Below are positions 10,969 through 20,819 of a stretch of 38,505 nucleotides of DNA, piece after piece. A model generated the notes under the pieces. The model saw nothing but the letters and a program-made list of their open reading frames with translations. It was not told the DNA's origin and searched no databases. The DNA is from Candidatus Carbonibacillus sp. (GTDB lineage: Bacteria > Bacillota > Bacilli > Thermicanales > DSM-22653): NCBI GenBank assembly GCA_034007185.1, contig JAVERJ010000001.1, positions 1-38,505 on the forward strand, read 5' to 3'. The translations under genes were made by a program, and so were the position numbers. Position 1 is the first letter of the stretch. Each line of letters begins with the position of its first letter.

Positions 10969-12180
10969 CTATTTTTTACCGAGATATTGCATAGGATTGA
11001 CGTAATCGCCTGCTTTGAGGACAGAAAAATGTAAATGGTTACCCGTGGAAAGACCTGTCGTGCCAACTTCCGCGATTTTCTGACCCCGTTCCACAACTTG
11101 TCCGACGGTTACTTTAATGCCGCCGGGCCGAATATGTCCGTAGAGTGTGCTCATCCCTGCCCCATGGTCAATGATGACGGTGTTCCCATAGCCCCCATAA
11201 TATTCAGCCAAGATGACTTTCCCACTTTCTGCGGCATAAATGGGCGTCCCCTCCGGCGCCGGAAGATCGATGCCCGAGTGATTACTCGGTTTATTTGTAA
11301 TGGGATGCTTCCGAGGCCCAAAAGGCGATGAGATCGTTGTATACTGCGTCGGAAGAGGCCAAGCCAATACCCCGCCTGTCCAATAGACTTTGGCTAATTC
11401 TTGGTTGATGCGATTGTACTCTTTCACGAGTTGCGACAGTTGATGATCGTATTTTTCGATTTCTTTCTCATAATCGACTGCTTGACTCTGCAAAGAAGCG
11501 ACTTGCACGCGCCGTTCTTTGTGCATGCTGGCAAGTGTTCGTTTTTTATCTTCAAGTTCGGCGTACTTTTTCTGCAGATCGGCCAAGTATCGATCGATTT
11601 CCTGTTTTTTTTCAGCAATGAGCGCTTGATCTTGCTTATTTTTTTCTAAAAGTTCCTGATCATGGGCAACAATTTTCCCCATGAAATCGAGCCGACTTAA
11701 AAAATCCGCAAAGTCTTTTGCGGTAAGAACCACTTCGACATAGGACGTTTGACCATGAATATAAAGGGCTTTTACACGTTCCCTGAGAAGACGGTTGCGT
11801 TCTTTGACACGCGCTTCGGCGGCATCAAGATCTTGCGCTGCCTTTGCCGCCTTTTCTTCCGTTTCATTGATATCACTTTCCAGCCGTTTCATCGATTGTT
11901 CAGTTTCATTCATTTTCATATCTAAATATTGAATTTCTTGATTTAACTTTTGCTGGGTCGATCTGTTCTTGGATAGTTGTTGGGTGAGCTGCTGTGTCAT
12001 GGCTTTGGCCCGCGCTTGTTCTTGTTTGATACGCTCGAGTTCTGCCCGAAGCTTTGCTTCATTGGTGTTTGAGGATGCAGCCAGTGGATATGAACCGCCC
12101 CAAAGAAAAACCAACAATAGCACAAGACTGATCACAGAGATCCACGTTTGACCGACGAGACGTTGTTTCGTTTTGTTCAA
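10969..12180 (-). CDS. Coiled-coil M23/LytM peptidoglycan DD-metalloendopeptidase, EnvC-like partner of FtsEX
   Basis: TTG start behind AAAGGGGAG. Signal sequence, about 230 aa of heptad-rich Gln/Glu/Lys sequence, then an M23 domain with HSGIDL and GNHLHFSV metal ligands. Located immediately downstream of ftsX. Confidence 0.85.
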   Translation of the reverse strand: MNKTKQRLVGQTWISVISLVLLLVFLWGGSYPLAASSNTNEAKLRAELERIKQEQARAKAMTQQLTQQLSKNRSTQQKLNQEIQYLDMKMNETEQSMKRLESDINETEEKAAKAAQDLDAAEARVKERNRLLRERVKALYIHGQTSYVEVVLTAKDFADFLSRLDFMGKIVAHDQELLEKNKQDQALIAEKKQEIDRYLADLQKKYAELEDKKRTLASMHKERRVQVASLQSQAVDYEKEIEKYDHQLSQLVKEYNRINQELAKVYWTGGVLAWPLPTQYTTISSPFGPRKHPITNKPSNHSGIDLPAPEGTPIYAAESGKVILAEYYGGYGNTVIIDHGAGMSTLYGHIRPGGIKVTVGQVVERGQKIAEVGTTGLSTGNHLHFSVLKAGDYVNPMQYLGKK

Positions 12181-12217
12181 TCTTCTCTCCCCTTTGATAT
12201 GTATGGCGCACCGTTGA

Positions 12218-13099
12218 TCAGGCGCGCAAAAATTTACGAATGGACGATAAAGATCCCCAAATACCGATGATCAATCCTAGGCCAAAGAGCGTAACGACGA
12301 GCGGCACAAGGACGATCTGCAACGTTAACACGGACATCGACAGTATCTCTGTTCCTTCGACATATCGTTGATACACATACACCAATACCATAAACGGTAG
12401 ACCCGCCCCGATCAGACCGATCAGCGCCCCTTCTATAAAGTAAGGCATGCGTATATACCATTTGGATGCACCGACCAGTCGCATCAGCTCCACTTCTTCC
12501 CGTCGCGAAAGAATGGTCAATTTGATGGTGTTGGAGATTAAAAACGTCGCGGTTAAAGCCAGACCAATGACGACAACGAGCATCACTTGACGAATGACCG
12601 TCGTGATCTCGAGCAGCTTGGCGACTTCCTCTTGGGCATACCGAACCTTCTCAACTTGAGGCCATTGTTTGATCGTTTGTGCGAGTTCCGCCGTTTGTGA
12701 CGGCGCATCCGTTTTGATAAAAAAGGCATCGGGCAATGGATTGTCATCATCGAGCCCGACAAATAGATCGGCTTCATCAGCGTACGTTTCTTTAAGCCAA
12801 GCCAAGCCTTCTTCGCGAGGGACAAAACGGACGCTATGAACATGGGGAAGCTGTTTTAAATCCGAGGCCATGATTTGAATCGCATCTTGGGTCGTATCCA
12901 TTTTCAAATAAATCGAAATTTCAACTTGTGATTCGGTCTGCTTGGCTAAATGATCAATGTTCAAGGCAGCTAGGATAAACACACCGACAAGAAAGAGCGT
13001 GATCGATACGGTCGCTATGGACGCAAAGCTCATCCAACCATTCCGCAGAAAACTACGAAAAGCATCCCGTACATGACGTCGAAACGTTCTCGGTTTCAT
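12218..13099 (-). CDS. ftsX: Cell division ABC transporter permease FtsX
   Basis: 293 aa with an FtsX-type N-terminus (RHVRDAFRSFLRNGWMSFASI), an extracellular loop domain and 4 TM segments. 4-nt overlap with ftsE. Confidence 0.92.
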   Translation of the reverse strand: MKPRTFRRHVRDAFRSFLRNGWMSFASIATVSITLFLVGVFILAALNIDHLAKQTESQVEISIYLKMDTTQDAIQIMASDLKQLPHVHSVRFVPREEGLAWLKETYADEADLFVGLDDDNPLPDAFFIKTDAPSQTAELAQTIKQWPQVEKVRYAQEEVAKLLEITTVIRQVMLVVVIGLALTATFLISNTIKLTILSRREEVELMRLVGASKWYIRMPYFIEGALIGLIGAGLPFMVLVYVYQRYVEGTEILSMSVLTLQIVLVPLVVTLFGLGLIIGIWGSLSSIRKFLRA

Positions 13100-13782
13100 G
13101 GACGATCGTAAACCCCCTTTGCCTCGTCGCGCACCAAGCGACCTCCGCTCAGTTCCAATACACGACGACGAAAGCGGTTGACGATATCTCGATCATGGGT
13201 AGCCATGATCACGGTCGTCCCTTGCAGATTGATTTCTTCCAGAAGTTTTAAGATTTGTAAAGAGTTTTCGTAGTCAAGATTTCCAGTCGGTTCATCAGCG
13301 ATGATCAGTTGCGGCTTATTGGCAAGCGCTCGGGCAATGGCAATGCGTTGCTGCTCACCGCCGGAGAGTTCTCTGGGAAAGCGCTTGGCATGGACTTTCA
13401 AGCCGACGAGATACAAGAGTTCTTGAACACGTCGGCGAATCTCTCGCGCCGGCGCTTCTATCACTTCCAACGCAAACGCTATATTTTCCTCTACCGTTAA
13501 ACGATCAATGAGGCGATAATCTTGAAAAACAACGCCAATGCTCCGGCGCAGTCGATGGAGATGACGACGCTTAAAGCGGCTGAAATCAAAACCGTTGACC
13601 ATCATTTTACCCTTGGTCGGGAGTTCTTCTCGATACAGAAGCTTTAACCACGTTGACTTGCCTGCACCCGATGGACCGATTAAATAGACGAATTCGCCTT
13701 TGTCAATCGAGAGCGTGATATCGCTAAGCGCCACCACACCATTTTTATACGTCTTAAACACATGCTGCATCTCGATCAACAC
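13096..13782 (-). CDS. ftsE: Cell division ATP-binding protein FtsE
   Basis: 228 aa ABC ATPase with [17 protein letters not shown] and ADEPTGNLD. The start could be GTG 13782 or TTG 13779. Confidence 0.93.
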   Translation of the reverse strand: MLIEMQHVFKTYKNGVVALSDITLSIDKGEFVYLIGPSGAGKSTWLKLLYREELPTKGKMMVNGFDFSRFKRRHLHRLRRSIGVVFQDYRLIDRLTVEENIAFALEVIEAPAREIRRRVQELLYLVGLKVHAKRFPRELSGGEQQRIAIARALANKPQLIIADEPTGNLDYENSLQILKLLEEINLQGTTVIMATHDRDIVNRFRRRVLELSGGRLVRDEAKGVYDRP

Positions 13783-13848
13783 AGGGCACCCTTTCTGAAA
13801 TGTCGAATCATTTCCCGGGAAAAGAAAGCTGTCGAAAGGAGTGAAACG

Positions 13849-13876
13849 ATGTCTATGATCTATGTCTATGATTATA
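13849..13876 (-). promoter_or_regulatory. Candidate ftsEX promoter -10 (TGcTATAAT) abutting a tandem direct repeat ATGTCTATGAT x2
   Basis: Minus strand reads catGCTATAATCATAGACATagATCATAGACATcg. Exact 11-mers lie at 13849-13859 and 13862-13872 (13-nt period). The -10 hexamer is at 13871-13876. There is no good -35. Confidence 0.35.
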
Positions 13877-13901
13877 GCATGGAATGACGCGTAAGGCGAC
13901 T

Positions 13902-13934
13902 AAAAAACAAAAAAAATGATAGGAGAATCCTACC
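13902..13934 (-). terminator. Rho-independent terminator after the GNAT gene
   Basis: Minus strand GGTAGGA-TTC-TCCTATC hairpin followed by ATTTTTTTTGTTTTTT. Confidence 0.6.
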
Positions 13935-13979
13935 ATTTGACATAAAAAACTTAGGCTTGTTTGATTGTGAGAACGCGCC

Positions 13980-14465
13980 TCAAAACGTTCGACGAAACAC
14001 GTAGCTTGTTCGTAAATAGCCCATTTTTTCCTCATAAAATCGATGGGCCTCGGTCCGTTCCAAACCACTCGTAAGTTCGATGCGCTCGCATCCTCTCGCT
14101 TCCGCCCAACGTTCGACAAAGGTCAACAGATGTTCCCCATATCCTGCAGAACGATGGGAAGCACTCGTCACAAGATCGTAAAGCATAAAGTACCGACCGT
14201 TATAAAGATTGTGCAAGATGAGGCCACCGGCCAAAGAAACGAGTTCCGCTTCCACCATCCTTCCAAAAAGATGATACCCGAGCGCGGACATGGCTTTCAT
14301 GTGTTCCATATACGTTTCTTCGTTCAGATGATGTCGCAACTGCACCATCAGCGGAAACGCTCGCTTCCAATCTTCCGGTGTATCGAGTAAGACAATCGAC
14401 TCTTCTAATATTTGCAAGGCGTGACCCCCTTTATATCTCTCCCATACATCCGCCGCGCCGATCAT
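13980..14465 (-). CDS. GNAT-family N-acetyltransferase
   Basis: 161 aa. Acetyl-CoA binding region (LVTSASHRSAGYGEHLL) and C-terminal RFYEK.GY are typical of GNAT. Confidence 0.8.
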   Translation of the reverse strand: MIGAADVWERYKGGHALQILEESIVLLDTPEDWKRAFPLMVQLRHHLNEETYMEHMKAMSALGYHLFGRMVEAELVSLAGGLILHNLYNGRYFMLYDLVTSASHRSAGYGEHLLTFVERWAEARGCERIELTSGLERTEAHRFYEEKMGYLRTSYVFRRTF

Positions 14466-14496
14466 CTTTCAATGCATGCCTTAGATTATACCATCA

Positions 14497-15549
14497 TTAC
14501 TTCTTGTCTTGATTCTGAGCCGCTAATTCTTGTTTGAGGGCATCCGTGAGATGAAGGCCGAGCGCTTCGATAGCCGCTTCATTCACCTTTAAAAATGTAT
14601 CTTGCACAATGAGTACAGGAATCGTCCCCGGATCTTCACCGTTTAACACACGAACGGCCAGTTCTCCCGTACGTTGGCCAAGCTTATATTGATCGATACC
14701 ATACGTCGCCACCGCGCCTTTATCGACAGAGTCGGGATCAGAGGCAAAGACCGGCTTTTTGAGACTATTGGCACGTTCAAGATAATGATCCATGGCGCCG
14801 ACAACAAGGTTATCATTGAGCGTTAAAAAAGCATCGACTTGCGGTCCGAGCGCATCAACGGCGAGTGGCACTTCACTGCTCTGGCTGATACCACGTGCAA
14901 TGATTTTCAATCCTTGTGCCGTCGCAGCTTTTTCTGCTTGCTTGAGTTGAGCTTCAGCATTCACTTCCCCTGAGTTATACACAATACCGATCGTCTTCGC
15001 TTCCGGTAAAAATTTTAGGATTAAGGCGATTTCTTGATCGATCGGTGTTTGATCGCTCGATCCAGTGATATGCCCGCCGGGATGCGCTAAATCTTCAACC
15101 AGACCAGCGGCCAGTGGATCGCTCACTGCCGCAAAAACAATCGGTTTATCTTGAACCACTTCCTGAACTGCCTGCGCCGAAGGTGTCGTAATCGCAATAA
15201 TGAGATCAAGATTCTTTCCGGCAAACTTATGAGCAATGTCGGTCGCTATGGTGCGATCGCCCTGCGCGTTTTCATAATCAACGGTTAAGTTCTTACCAGA
15301 CTCATAGCCAGCATCATTTAGAGCCTGCACAATGCCTTCACGAATCGCATCCAGCGATGGATGTTCGATGATCTGCGTGATACCGATGGACACAGCTTTT
15401 AACTGCGGTGATGGTTGATCGTTGTTCGAAGGTGTCGTACCCTCCGACGGTGTGTCCTGAACACCTGTTGTTGTCTGTTGACGCGGCCCTGAACACCCCG
15501 CAACCACCATCACGACGACCAAAAGCAATAAAAAAACCGATTTTCTCAT
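14497..15549 (-). CDS. Lipoprotein, ABC transporter substrate-binding protein of the ABC_sub_bind (PF04392-like) type. Start moved to the ATG at 15549.
   Basis: MRKSVFLLLLVVVMVVAGCSG lipobox behind AGAGGAG, then a Thr/Pro/Ser linker and a periplasmic-binding fold (IGITQIIEHPSLD...AVSDP...GIVYN). The 124-codon upstream extension of the 474-aa ORF runs through the promoter and leader and is rejected. Confidence 0.8.
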   Translation of the reverse strand: MRKSVFLLLLVVVMVVAGCSGPRQQTTTGVQDTPSEGTTPSNNDQPSPQLKAVSIGITQIIEHPSLDAIREGIVQALNDAGYESGKNLTVDYENAQGDRTIATDIAHKFAGKNLDLIIAITTPSAQAVQEVVQDKPIVFAAVSDPLAAGLVEDLAHPGGHITGSSDQTPIDQEIALILKFLPEAKTIGIVYNSGEVNAEAQLKQAEKAATAQGLKIIARGISQSSEVPLAVDALGPQVDAFLTLNDNLVVGAMDHYLERANSLKKPVFASDPDSVDKGAVATYGIDQYKLGQRTGELAVRVLNGEDPGTIPVLIVQDTFLKVNEAAIEALGLHLTDALKQELAAQNQDKK

Positions 15550-15622
15550 ACTCCTCTGTCTCCTCTCATCTTCGCGCACTTTCTTCGGACCATCTAACGT
15601 TTTCCCGCCTATGAAGCGAAAG

Positions 15623-15659
15623 CACGCCGGAGTCGCGCCGCCTGCGCAACCCCAGCGTG
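15623..15659 (-). promoter_or_regulatory. 16-bp stem-loop in the roughly 130-nt 5' leader of the binding-protein gene
   Basis: Minus strand CACGCTGGGGTTGCGC-AGGCG-GCGCGACTCCGGCGTG, with two G-U pairs, followed by CTTTCGCTTC. No riboswitch class recognised. Confidence 0.4.
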
Positions 15660-15682
15660 TTGAAAAAGTCCGTATGCTGTGC

Positions 15683-15710
15683 ATTATAGCACACCTTACG
15701 TTCTTCGTAA
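15683..15710 (-). promoter_or_regulatory. Candidate sigma-A promoter for the binding-protein/GNAT unit
   Basis: Minus strand TTACGA-N16-TATAAT with an extended -10 TGc. Confidence 0.45.
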
Positions 15711-15829
15711 AGTTTGTAACACATGTATTTTTTACTTTATCTTCTTGGGTGATACCCCGCACCGTCCCTTGCACCTTCCGAGAACGCACGAGAAAAATCC
15801 CCCTTAAAAGGGCATAAAGGAGGAAGCGA

Positions 15830-16729
15830 TCACGGGATGATGCGATGAAACCCTTCGCCGAGCACTTCGGTAGCGGGCAATACAATGACAAACGCACGCG
15901 AATCAATGTTTTGTACAGCATCTTTTAGTTTCTGTACTTCCCGTTGGTCCACAACCGTCATCAGCATCGGGCGGGGCATGTTGGAATAACCGCCAAGGGC
16001 TTCGATCCGCGTCAGTCCACGATCCAGATCATAGAGTACCGCTTCTTTGACCGCTTCTTCCTGTTCGGTAATAATATAGGCTACCAAAGCACGGCGCGTA
16101 CCAAGCATCACCATGTCAATCGTCTTTCCCGTAAGATAAAGGCCGATGAGTGCATAGAGGGCCTGTTCGATATCAAAGACAAACGCCGCCCACGTGATGA
16201 CCAGCCCGTCTAAAAAACGCACTGTCGCGGAGAGCGGAAAGCCCGTCAAGCGCGTTAAGACTTGCGCCAAAAGATCTGTCCCCCCTGTGGAACCGCGACC
16301 GCGAAACACGAGCCCCAGACCTGCCCCCACCCCAATGCCCCCAAAGACGGCGGCGATCAGTGGAGACGTGGTCACCGATGGTACCCCCTCTGTCCAAAAG
16401 ACAAACAGTGGTAGCACCATCGTTCCGACAAAGGTCTTAAAAGCAAAACCCCGTCCCAGCACAAACGTGCCCAGTACAAAAAGGGGCAGATTAAGCGCCC
16501 ATTGCGTATAAGCTGGGCGGATGCCAAAAAGGGCCTGAATGATGATGCTGACACCAGAGACACCGCCCGAAGCAATACGAAAATGATTTAAAAACACGTT
16601 AAAACTTAAGGCGATGAGAAACGCACCTAAAAACAACAAACTGTAATCATGGAGCATACGGAGAGCTGGTGGAAGCGGTTTGTGAAGACGGCGATTGTCG
16701 CCTTCTTGCTTATGAGCTTTGAGACGCAT
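15830..16729 (-). CDS. YitT-family (DUF161/DUF2179) membrane protein, YvjA-like
   Basis: Five or six TM segments with Gly-rich YitT repeats ([34 protein letters not shown]) and a C-terminal DUF2179-like soluble domain. Position after prfB matches B. subtilis yvjA. The start is uncertain: 16729 overlaps prfB by 20 nt, with an alternative ATG at 16657. Confidence 0.75.
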   Translation of the reverse strand: MRLKAHKQEGDNRRLHKPLPPALRMLHDYSLLFLGAFLIALSFNVFLNHFRIASGGVSGVSIIIQALFGIRPAYTQWALNLPLFVLGTFVLGRGFAFKTFVGTMVLPLFVFWTEGVPSVTTSPLIAAVFGGIGVGAGLGLVFRGRGSTGGTDLLAQVLTRLTGFPLSATVRFLDGLVITWAAFVFDIEQALYALIGLYLTGKTIDMVMLGTRRALVAYIITEQEEAVKEAVLYDLDRGLTRIEALGGYSNMPRPMLMTVVDQREVQKLKDAVQNIDSRAFVIVLPATEVLGEGFHRIIP

Positions 16730-17829
16730 GATTGGCCATCATCCTCAAATAAGCGTCGATGAAACCATCGATTTCCCCATCCATCACCGCCTGAACATTA
16801 CCGACTTCGACTTGTGTACGATGATCTTTCACCATGCTGTAAGGATGAAAAACATACGAACGAATTTGTGATCCCCAAGCGATTTCTTTTTGTTCACCGC
16901 TTAGCGCCGAAAGTTTCGCTTCACGTTCGGCGATTTCTCGTTCAAGAAGTTTCCCACGCAAAATTTTGAGCGCCCGTTCACGATTTTGAATTTGTGAACG
17001 TTCCGATTGACAGGTGACAACGATCCCGGTCGGCAAGTGGGTGATGCGCACAGCGGAATCGGTTGTATTGACATGTTGGCCCCCGGCGCCGCTGGAACGA
17101 TAAACATCGATTTTTAAATCTTCATCGCGAAGGTGCACTTCTACGTCATCTTCGACTTCCGGAAGCACGTTCACCGATGAAAAAGATGTGTGCCTTCGAC
17201 CCGAGGCATCAAACGGAGAAATGCGTACCAAGCGGTGCACACCCCGCTCCGCCTTCAAATAACCATAGGCATACGCCCCTTTGATCAAAAGGGTCGCGCT
17301 TTTGATGCCCGCTTCTTCCCCCGGCAGCATATCCAAAACCTCTACTTTAAAGCCGCGCCGCTCGGCCCACCGTTCGTACATTCGAAAAAGCATTTGTGCC
17401 CAATCTTGGGATTCTGTCCCCCCAGCACCGGCATGAATTTCTAAGATGGCTGGGGCCTGATCGTACTCCCCTGATAAAAGTACGGTGAGTTCAGCCTGAG
17501 CGACGTCACGTGAGAGGCGTTGAACACTATCGATCAGCTCACGCACGAGTTCAGCGTCTTCTTCTTCTTTAATCAGCGCAAGAAGGGTATCGATATCCTC
17601 TAAACGCGCTTTAAAATCATCCATGAGCTCAATGCTCTCTTTGAGACGGTGGCTTTCCGCAAGTGTTTTTTGGGCCTGATTCGGGTCGTCCCAAAAATCA
17701 GGTGCACTCATCGCTTCTTCCAGTTCCAACAGCCGTCTTTTTTTCCCTTCCGGGTCAAAGAGACCCCCTGAGTCCGCCGATGCGTTCTTTGAGGCTTTTA
17801 ATCTCTTGTCTTAATTCATAATGATCCAT
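16710..17829 (-). CDS. prfB: Peptide chain release factor 2, with programmed +1 frameshift
   Basis: ATG at 17829 opens a 24-codon frame, [24 protein letters not shown], that ends at an in-frame TGA (17757-17755). Shifting +1 at CTT TGA C joins it to the 339-aa ORF, which carries SPF and GGQ (SGAGGQHVN) motifs. Confidence 0.93.
17752..17772 (-). promoter_or_regulatory. RF2 autoregulatory frameshift site (SD-like AGGGGG, then TCT CTT TGA C)
   Basis: Minus strand reads CTCAGGGGGTCTCTTTGACCC, the canonical prfB recoding cassette. Confidence 0.9.
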
Positions 17830-17890
17830 ACGTTCGACATCCTTTCAATGCTTTCGTATTTAAATATCTAAAAGCGATGCGCTTTTATGT

Positions 17891-20659
17891 TTATGCATCA
17901 CGACCATGACAGTGTTTATATTTTTTACCACTGCCACATGGACAGAGTTCATTGCGACCGATTTTTCTTTCTTTGACGAGGGGTTTCTTTTGAGGAGGGG
18001 TTTCCCCTTCCTTTTCTACTGCTTCTCCTTCTGCCACGGCTACTCGGACGAGCGGAGAGACGCCGACTTGTGCTTTCATAATAAAGGTCGATACTTCTTC
18101 TTCAATGCTGGCGATCATCTCTTGAAACATATTGAAACCTTCAAACTGGTATTCACGCAATGGATCGGTCTGAGCGTAGGCGCGCAAATGAATCCCTTGT
18201 CGAAGTTGATCCATCGCATCAATATGATCCATCCATTTTGCATCGACCGAACGTAAGACGACGACTTTTTCAAATTCGCGCATGATCTCCGGGGTCAATG
18301 TCTTTTCGCGCTCGTCATAAAGTGCTTCCACCTTTTGCAGGAGAAAAGCGATGAGCGCTTCTTTATCGCCTTTCTCACGGAACGCTTCCAGCGCTTCGAC
18401 CTGCACATGCCCCTCGGAAAGCACAGTCCCTTGCAAATGACGTACGACAGCATCTAAATCCCATTCTTCGGGTACGAGATCATCGCTAATATGAAGCGAA
18501 ACAACACGACGCACGTGAGATTCCATCATGCCCATGACAATCGGACGAATGTTGTCTTCATAGAGGATTTCTCGACGTTGTTTGTAGATGATCTCGCGTT
18601 GTTCGTTCATGACGTTATCATACTGAAGAACGATACGCCGACGATCAAAGTTCATGCTCTCAATTTTTTTCTGAGCAGATTCAATGGCCCGTGTGACCAG
18701 TTTGCTCTCTATCGGCTCATCATCCGGAAGGTTCATCCGCTCCATCAGGTTACGAATCTGTTCACCGCCAAATTTTTGCATGAGCTCATCTTCTAAAGAA
18801 ACGAAAAATCGCGATTCACCGGGATCGCCTTGGCGTCCAGAACGACCGCGCAATTGGTTATCAATGCGGCGTGCTTCATGCCGTTCCGTACCAATGATGT
18901 ACAGCCCGCCCAGGGCAGCGACACCTTCACCCAACTTAATATCCGTTCCCCGGCCAGCCATATTTGTGGCGATGGTCACTGCACCTTTTTGCCCGGCCTG
19001 AGCCACAATCTCCGCTTCCTGCGCATGATGCTTGGCATTGAGCACATTGTGTGGCACCCCCCGCCGAATCGCTTCGATCGTTTTGAGCGCCTGCTTAAGC
19101 CGTGCGTACGCCTCCCGCACACGTTCCCCTTTTGTTTCCAGCACCGAACCATACGGTTCGAGTTTGGCACGTGTCAGCGTACCGGGGGCTTCTAAAAGAC
19201 GGATGAGCTGGGCATCGATCCCTTCTTCACCCATATGGCCAGATGTCAGAAATTCCTTTAACGTTGCGGCACGCTCCGTCAGACGTTCTAGATAATATTT
19301 CGGTGTTGTGAGCATGGCGGAGAGATATTCCGACACTTCAATGGATATCGTACCCACCAACACCGGCTGACCCTTGTCATGGCGCTCTACAATTTCTTCA
19401 ATCACCGCAAAAAATTTAGCCTTTTGACCTTTGTAGACGACATCGGGATGGTCGATGCGAATCATCGGTCGATGGGTCGGTACGACCACAACGTCCATCC
19501 CATAGATGGATTTAAATTCTTCTTCCTCTGTTTTTGCCGTCCCCGTCATACCGGCCAGTTTTTGATACATGCGGAAGTAATTTTGCAACGTAATGGTCGC
19601 AAGCGTCATCGTCTCTTCTTGAATTTTAAGGCCTTCTTTTGCTTCGATCGCTTGATGCAACCCGTCGCTGTAACGCCGACCGTGCATCAGTCGCCCTGTA
19701 AATTCATCGACGATGATCACTTCACCGTCTTGGACCACATAATCGACATCTCGCCGCATCAAAACATGCGCTTTTAATGCTTGGACGATGGCATGGTTTA
19801 AATCCATGTGTTCAGCGTCATACAAATTGTCAATCGCAAAAAACCGCTCTGCTTTTTCAACACCGCTCTCGGTCAAGGCCACACTGTGCGCTTTCACATC
19901 AACCGTATAATCCGTATCTGCTTGAAGGCCCCTGACAAAGCGACTGGCTTGGGTGTAAAAGCCGGCATCTTTTTTAGGGTTACCAGAGATGATCAGCGGT
20001 GTACGCGCCTCATCAATCAAAATGGAGTCGACTTCGTCGATGACAGCAAAATGAAGCGGCCGTTGCACAAGCTGCTCTTTGTAAAGAACCATGTTATCAC
20101 GAAGGTAGTCAAAGCCAAATTCGTTATTCGTCCCATACGTAATATCACTGGCATAGGCCGCTTGTTTTTCAGCATGACTCATGCCCGGAATATTTAAGCC
20201 TACGGTTAATCCCAAAAACTCATAAATGCGTCCCATCTCCATGCGGTCGCGGGAAGCTAAGTAATCGTTCACCGTAACGACGTGGACACCTTTCCCTAAA
20301 AGCGCGTTGAGATAAACGGCAAGGGTCGCCACAAGTGTTTTACCTTCCCCTGTTTTCATCTCTGCAATTCGGCCGTCGTGAAGAACCATCCCTCCGATGA
20401 GTTGGACATCGAAGTGACGCAAGCCGAGTGTGCGTTTGCTCGCTTCCCGGACAACCGCAAAAGCCTCTTCTAAAAGATCATCGAGCGATTTTCCTTGCTC
20501 CAGAGCAGATCGAAATTCAACCGTCTTTGCAGCCAGTTCAGCATCAGAGAGTTTTTCCATCACAGGCTCTAACGCATTGATGCGCTCGACTTTTTGCATG
20601 TATTTTTTAATATCGCGTTCGTTCGTTGCACCGAACCAACGTCTTAAGACTCCTAACAT
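17891..20659 (-). CDS. secA: Preprotein translocase ATPase SecA, with an extra insert of about 83 aa in NBD2
   Basis: 922 aa. Contains [10 protein letters not shown] Walker A, the [22 protein letters not shown] box, [30 protein letters not shown], and the C-terminal zinc motif [14 protein letters not shown]. Confidence 0.97.
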   Translation of the reverse strand: MLGVLRRWFGATNERDIKKYMQKVERINALEPVMEKLSDAELAAKTVEFRSALEQGKSLDDLLEEAFAVVREASKRTLGLRHFDVQLIGGMVLHDGRIAEMKTGEGKTLVATLAVYLNALLGKGVHVVTVNDYLASRDRMEMGRIYEFLGLTVGLNIPGMSHAEKQAAYASDITYGTNNEFGFDYLRDNMVLYKEQLVQRPLHFAVIDEVDSILIDEARTPLIISGNPKKDAGFYTQASRFVRGLQADTDYTVDVKAHSVALTESGVEKAERFFAIDNLYDAEHMDLNHAIVQALKAHVLMRRDVDYVVQDGEVIIVDEFTGRLMHGRRYSDGLHQAIEAKEGLKIQEETMTLATITLQNYFRMYQKLAGMTGTAKTEEEEFKSIYGMDVVVVPTHRPMIRIDHPDVVYKGQKAKFFAVIEEIVERHDKGQPVLVGTISIEVSEYLSAMLTTPKYYLERLTERAATLKEFLTSGHMGEEGIDAQLIRLLEAPGTLTRAKLEPYGSVLETKGERVREAYARLKQALKTIEAIRRGVPHNVLNAKHHAQEAEIVAQAGQKGAVTIATNMAGRGTDIKLGEGVAALGGLYIIGTERHEARRIDNQLRGRSGRQGDPGESRFFVSLEDELMQKFGGEQIRNLMERMNLPDDEPIESKLVTRAIESAQKKIESMNFDRRRIVLQYDNVMNEQREIIYKQRREILYEDNIRPIVMGMMESHVRRVVSLHISDDLVPEEWDLDAVVRHLQGTVLSEGHVQVEALEAFREKGDKEALIAFLLQKVEALYDEREKTLTPEIMREFEKVVVLRSVDAKWMDHIDAMDQLRQGIHLRAYAQTDPLREYQFEGFNMFQEMIASIEEEVSTFIMKAQVGVSPLVRVAVAEGEAVEKEGETPPQKKPLVKERKIGRNELCPCGSGKKYKHCHGRDA

Positions 20660-20693
20660 CTTTAGGACCCCTTCCTAGCCAATCCCTTTTCAA

Positions 20694-20722
20694 ATTGTAA
20701 CAATGCGCGCGGCAAATTACAA
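20694..20722 (-). promoter_or_regulatory. Candidate sigma-A promoter for secA
   Basis: Minus strand TTGTAA-N17-TACAAT, about 35 nt upstream of the secA ATG (SD GGAAGGGG). Confidence 0.4.
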
Positions 20723-20729
20723 CCAACAA

Positions 20730-20763
20730 TAAAAAAGGCAGCTCCCGTTTTCGGGCGTCTGCC
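20730..20763 (-). terminator. Rho-independent terminator after hpf
   Basis: Minus strand GGCAGACGCCCG-AAAA-CGGGAGCTGCC followed by TTTTTTAT. Confidence 0.7.
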
Positions 20764-20819
20764 TTTACCCTTGCGCCTTACGTCACAGCATCAGACCGCG
20801 CTTCCTATCGAATCAAACG

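Noticed and set aside
15550-15682. ykkC/guanidine-like fragments (CTGGGGTTGCG, GGCGGGAAAAC, GGTCCGAAGAAAG) in the binding-protein leader
   Set aside because: The fragments occur in the wrong order relative to the ykkC consensus architecture, and no T-box sequence is present. I leave it as an unclassified leader.
15550-15921. 124-codon N-terminal extension of the binding-protein ORF (474-aa version)
   Set aside because: The extension contains the predicted promoter, the leader hairpin and the upstream gene's 3' end. A lipoprotein signal peptide with a strong SD begins at 15549.
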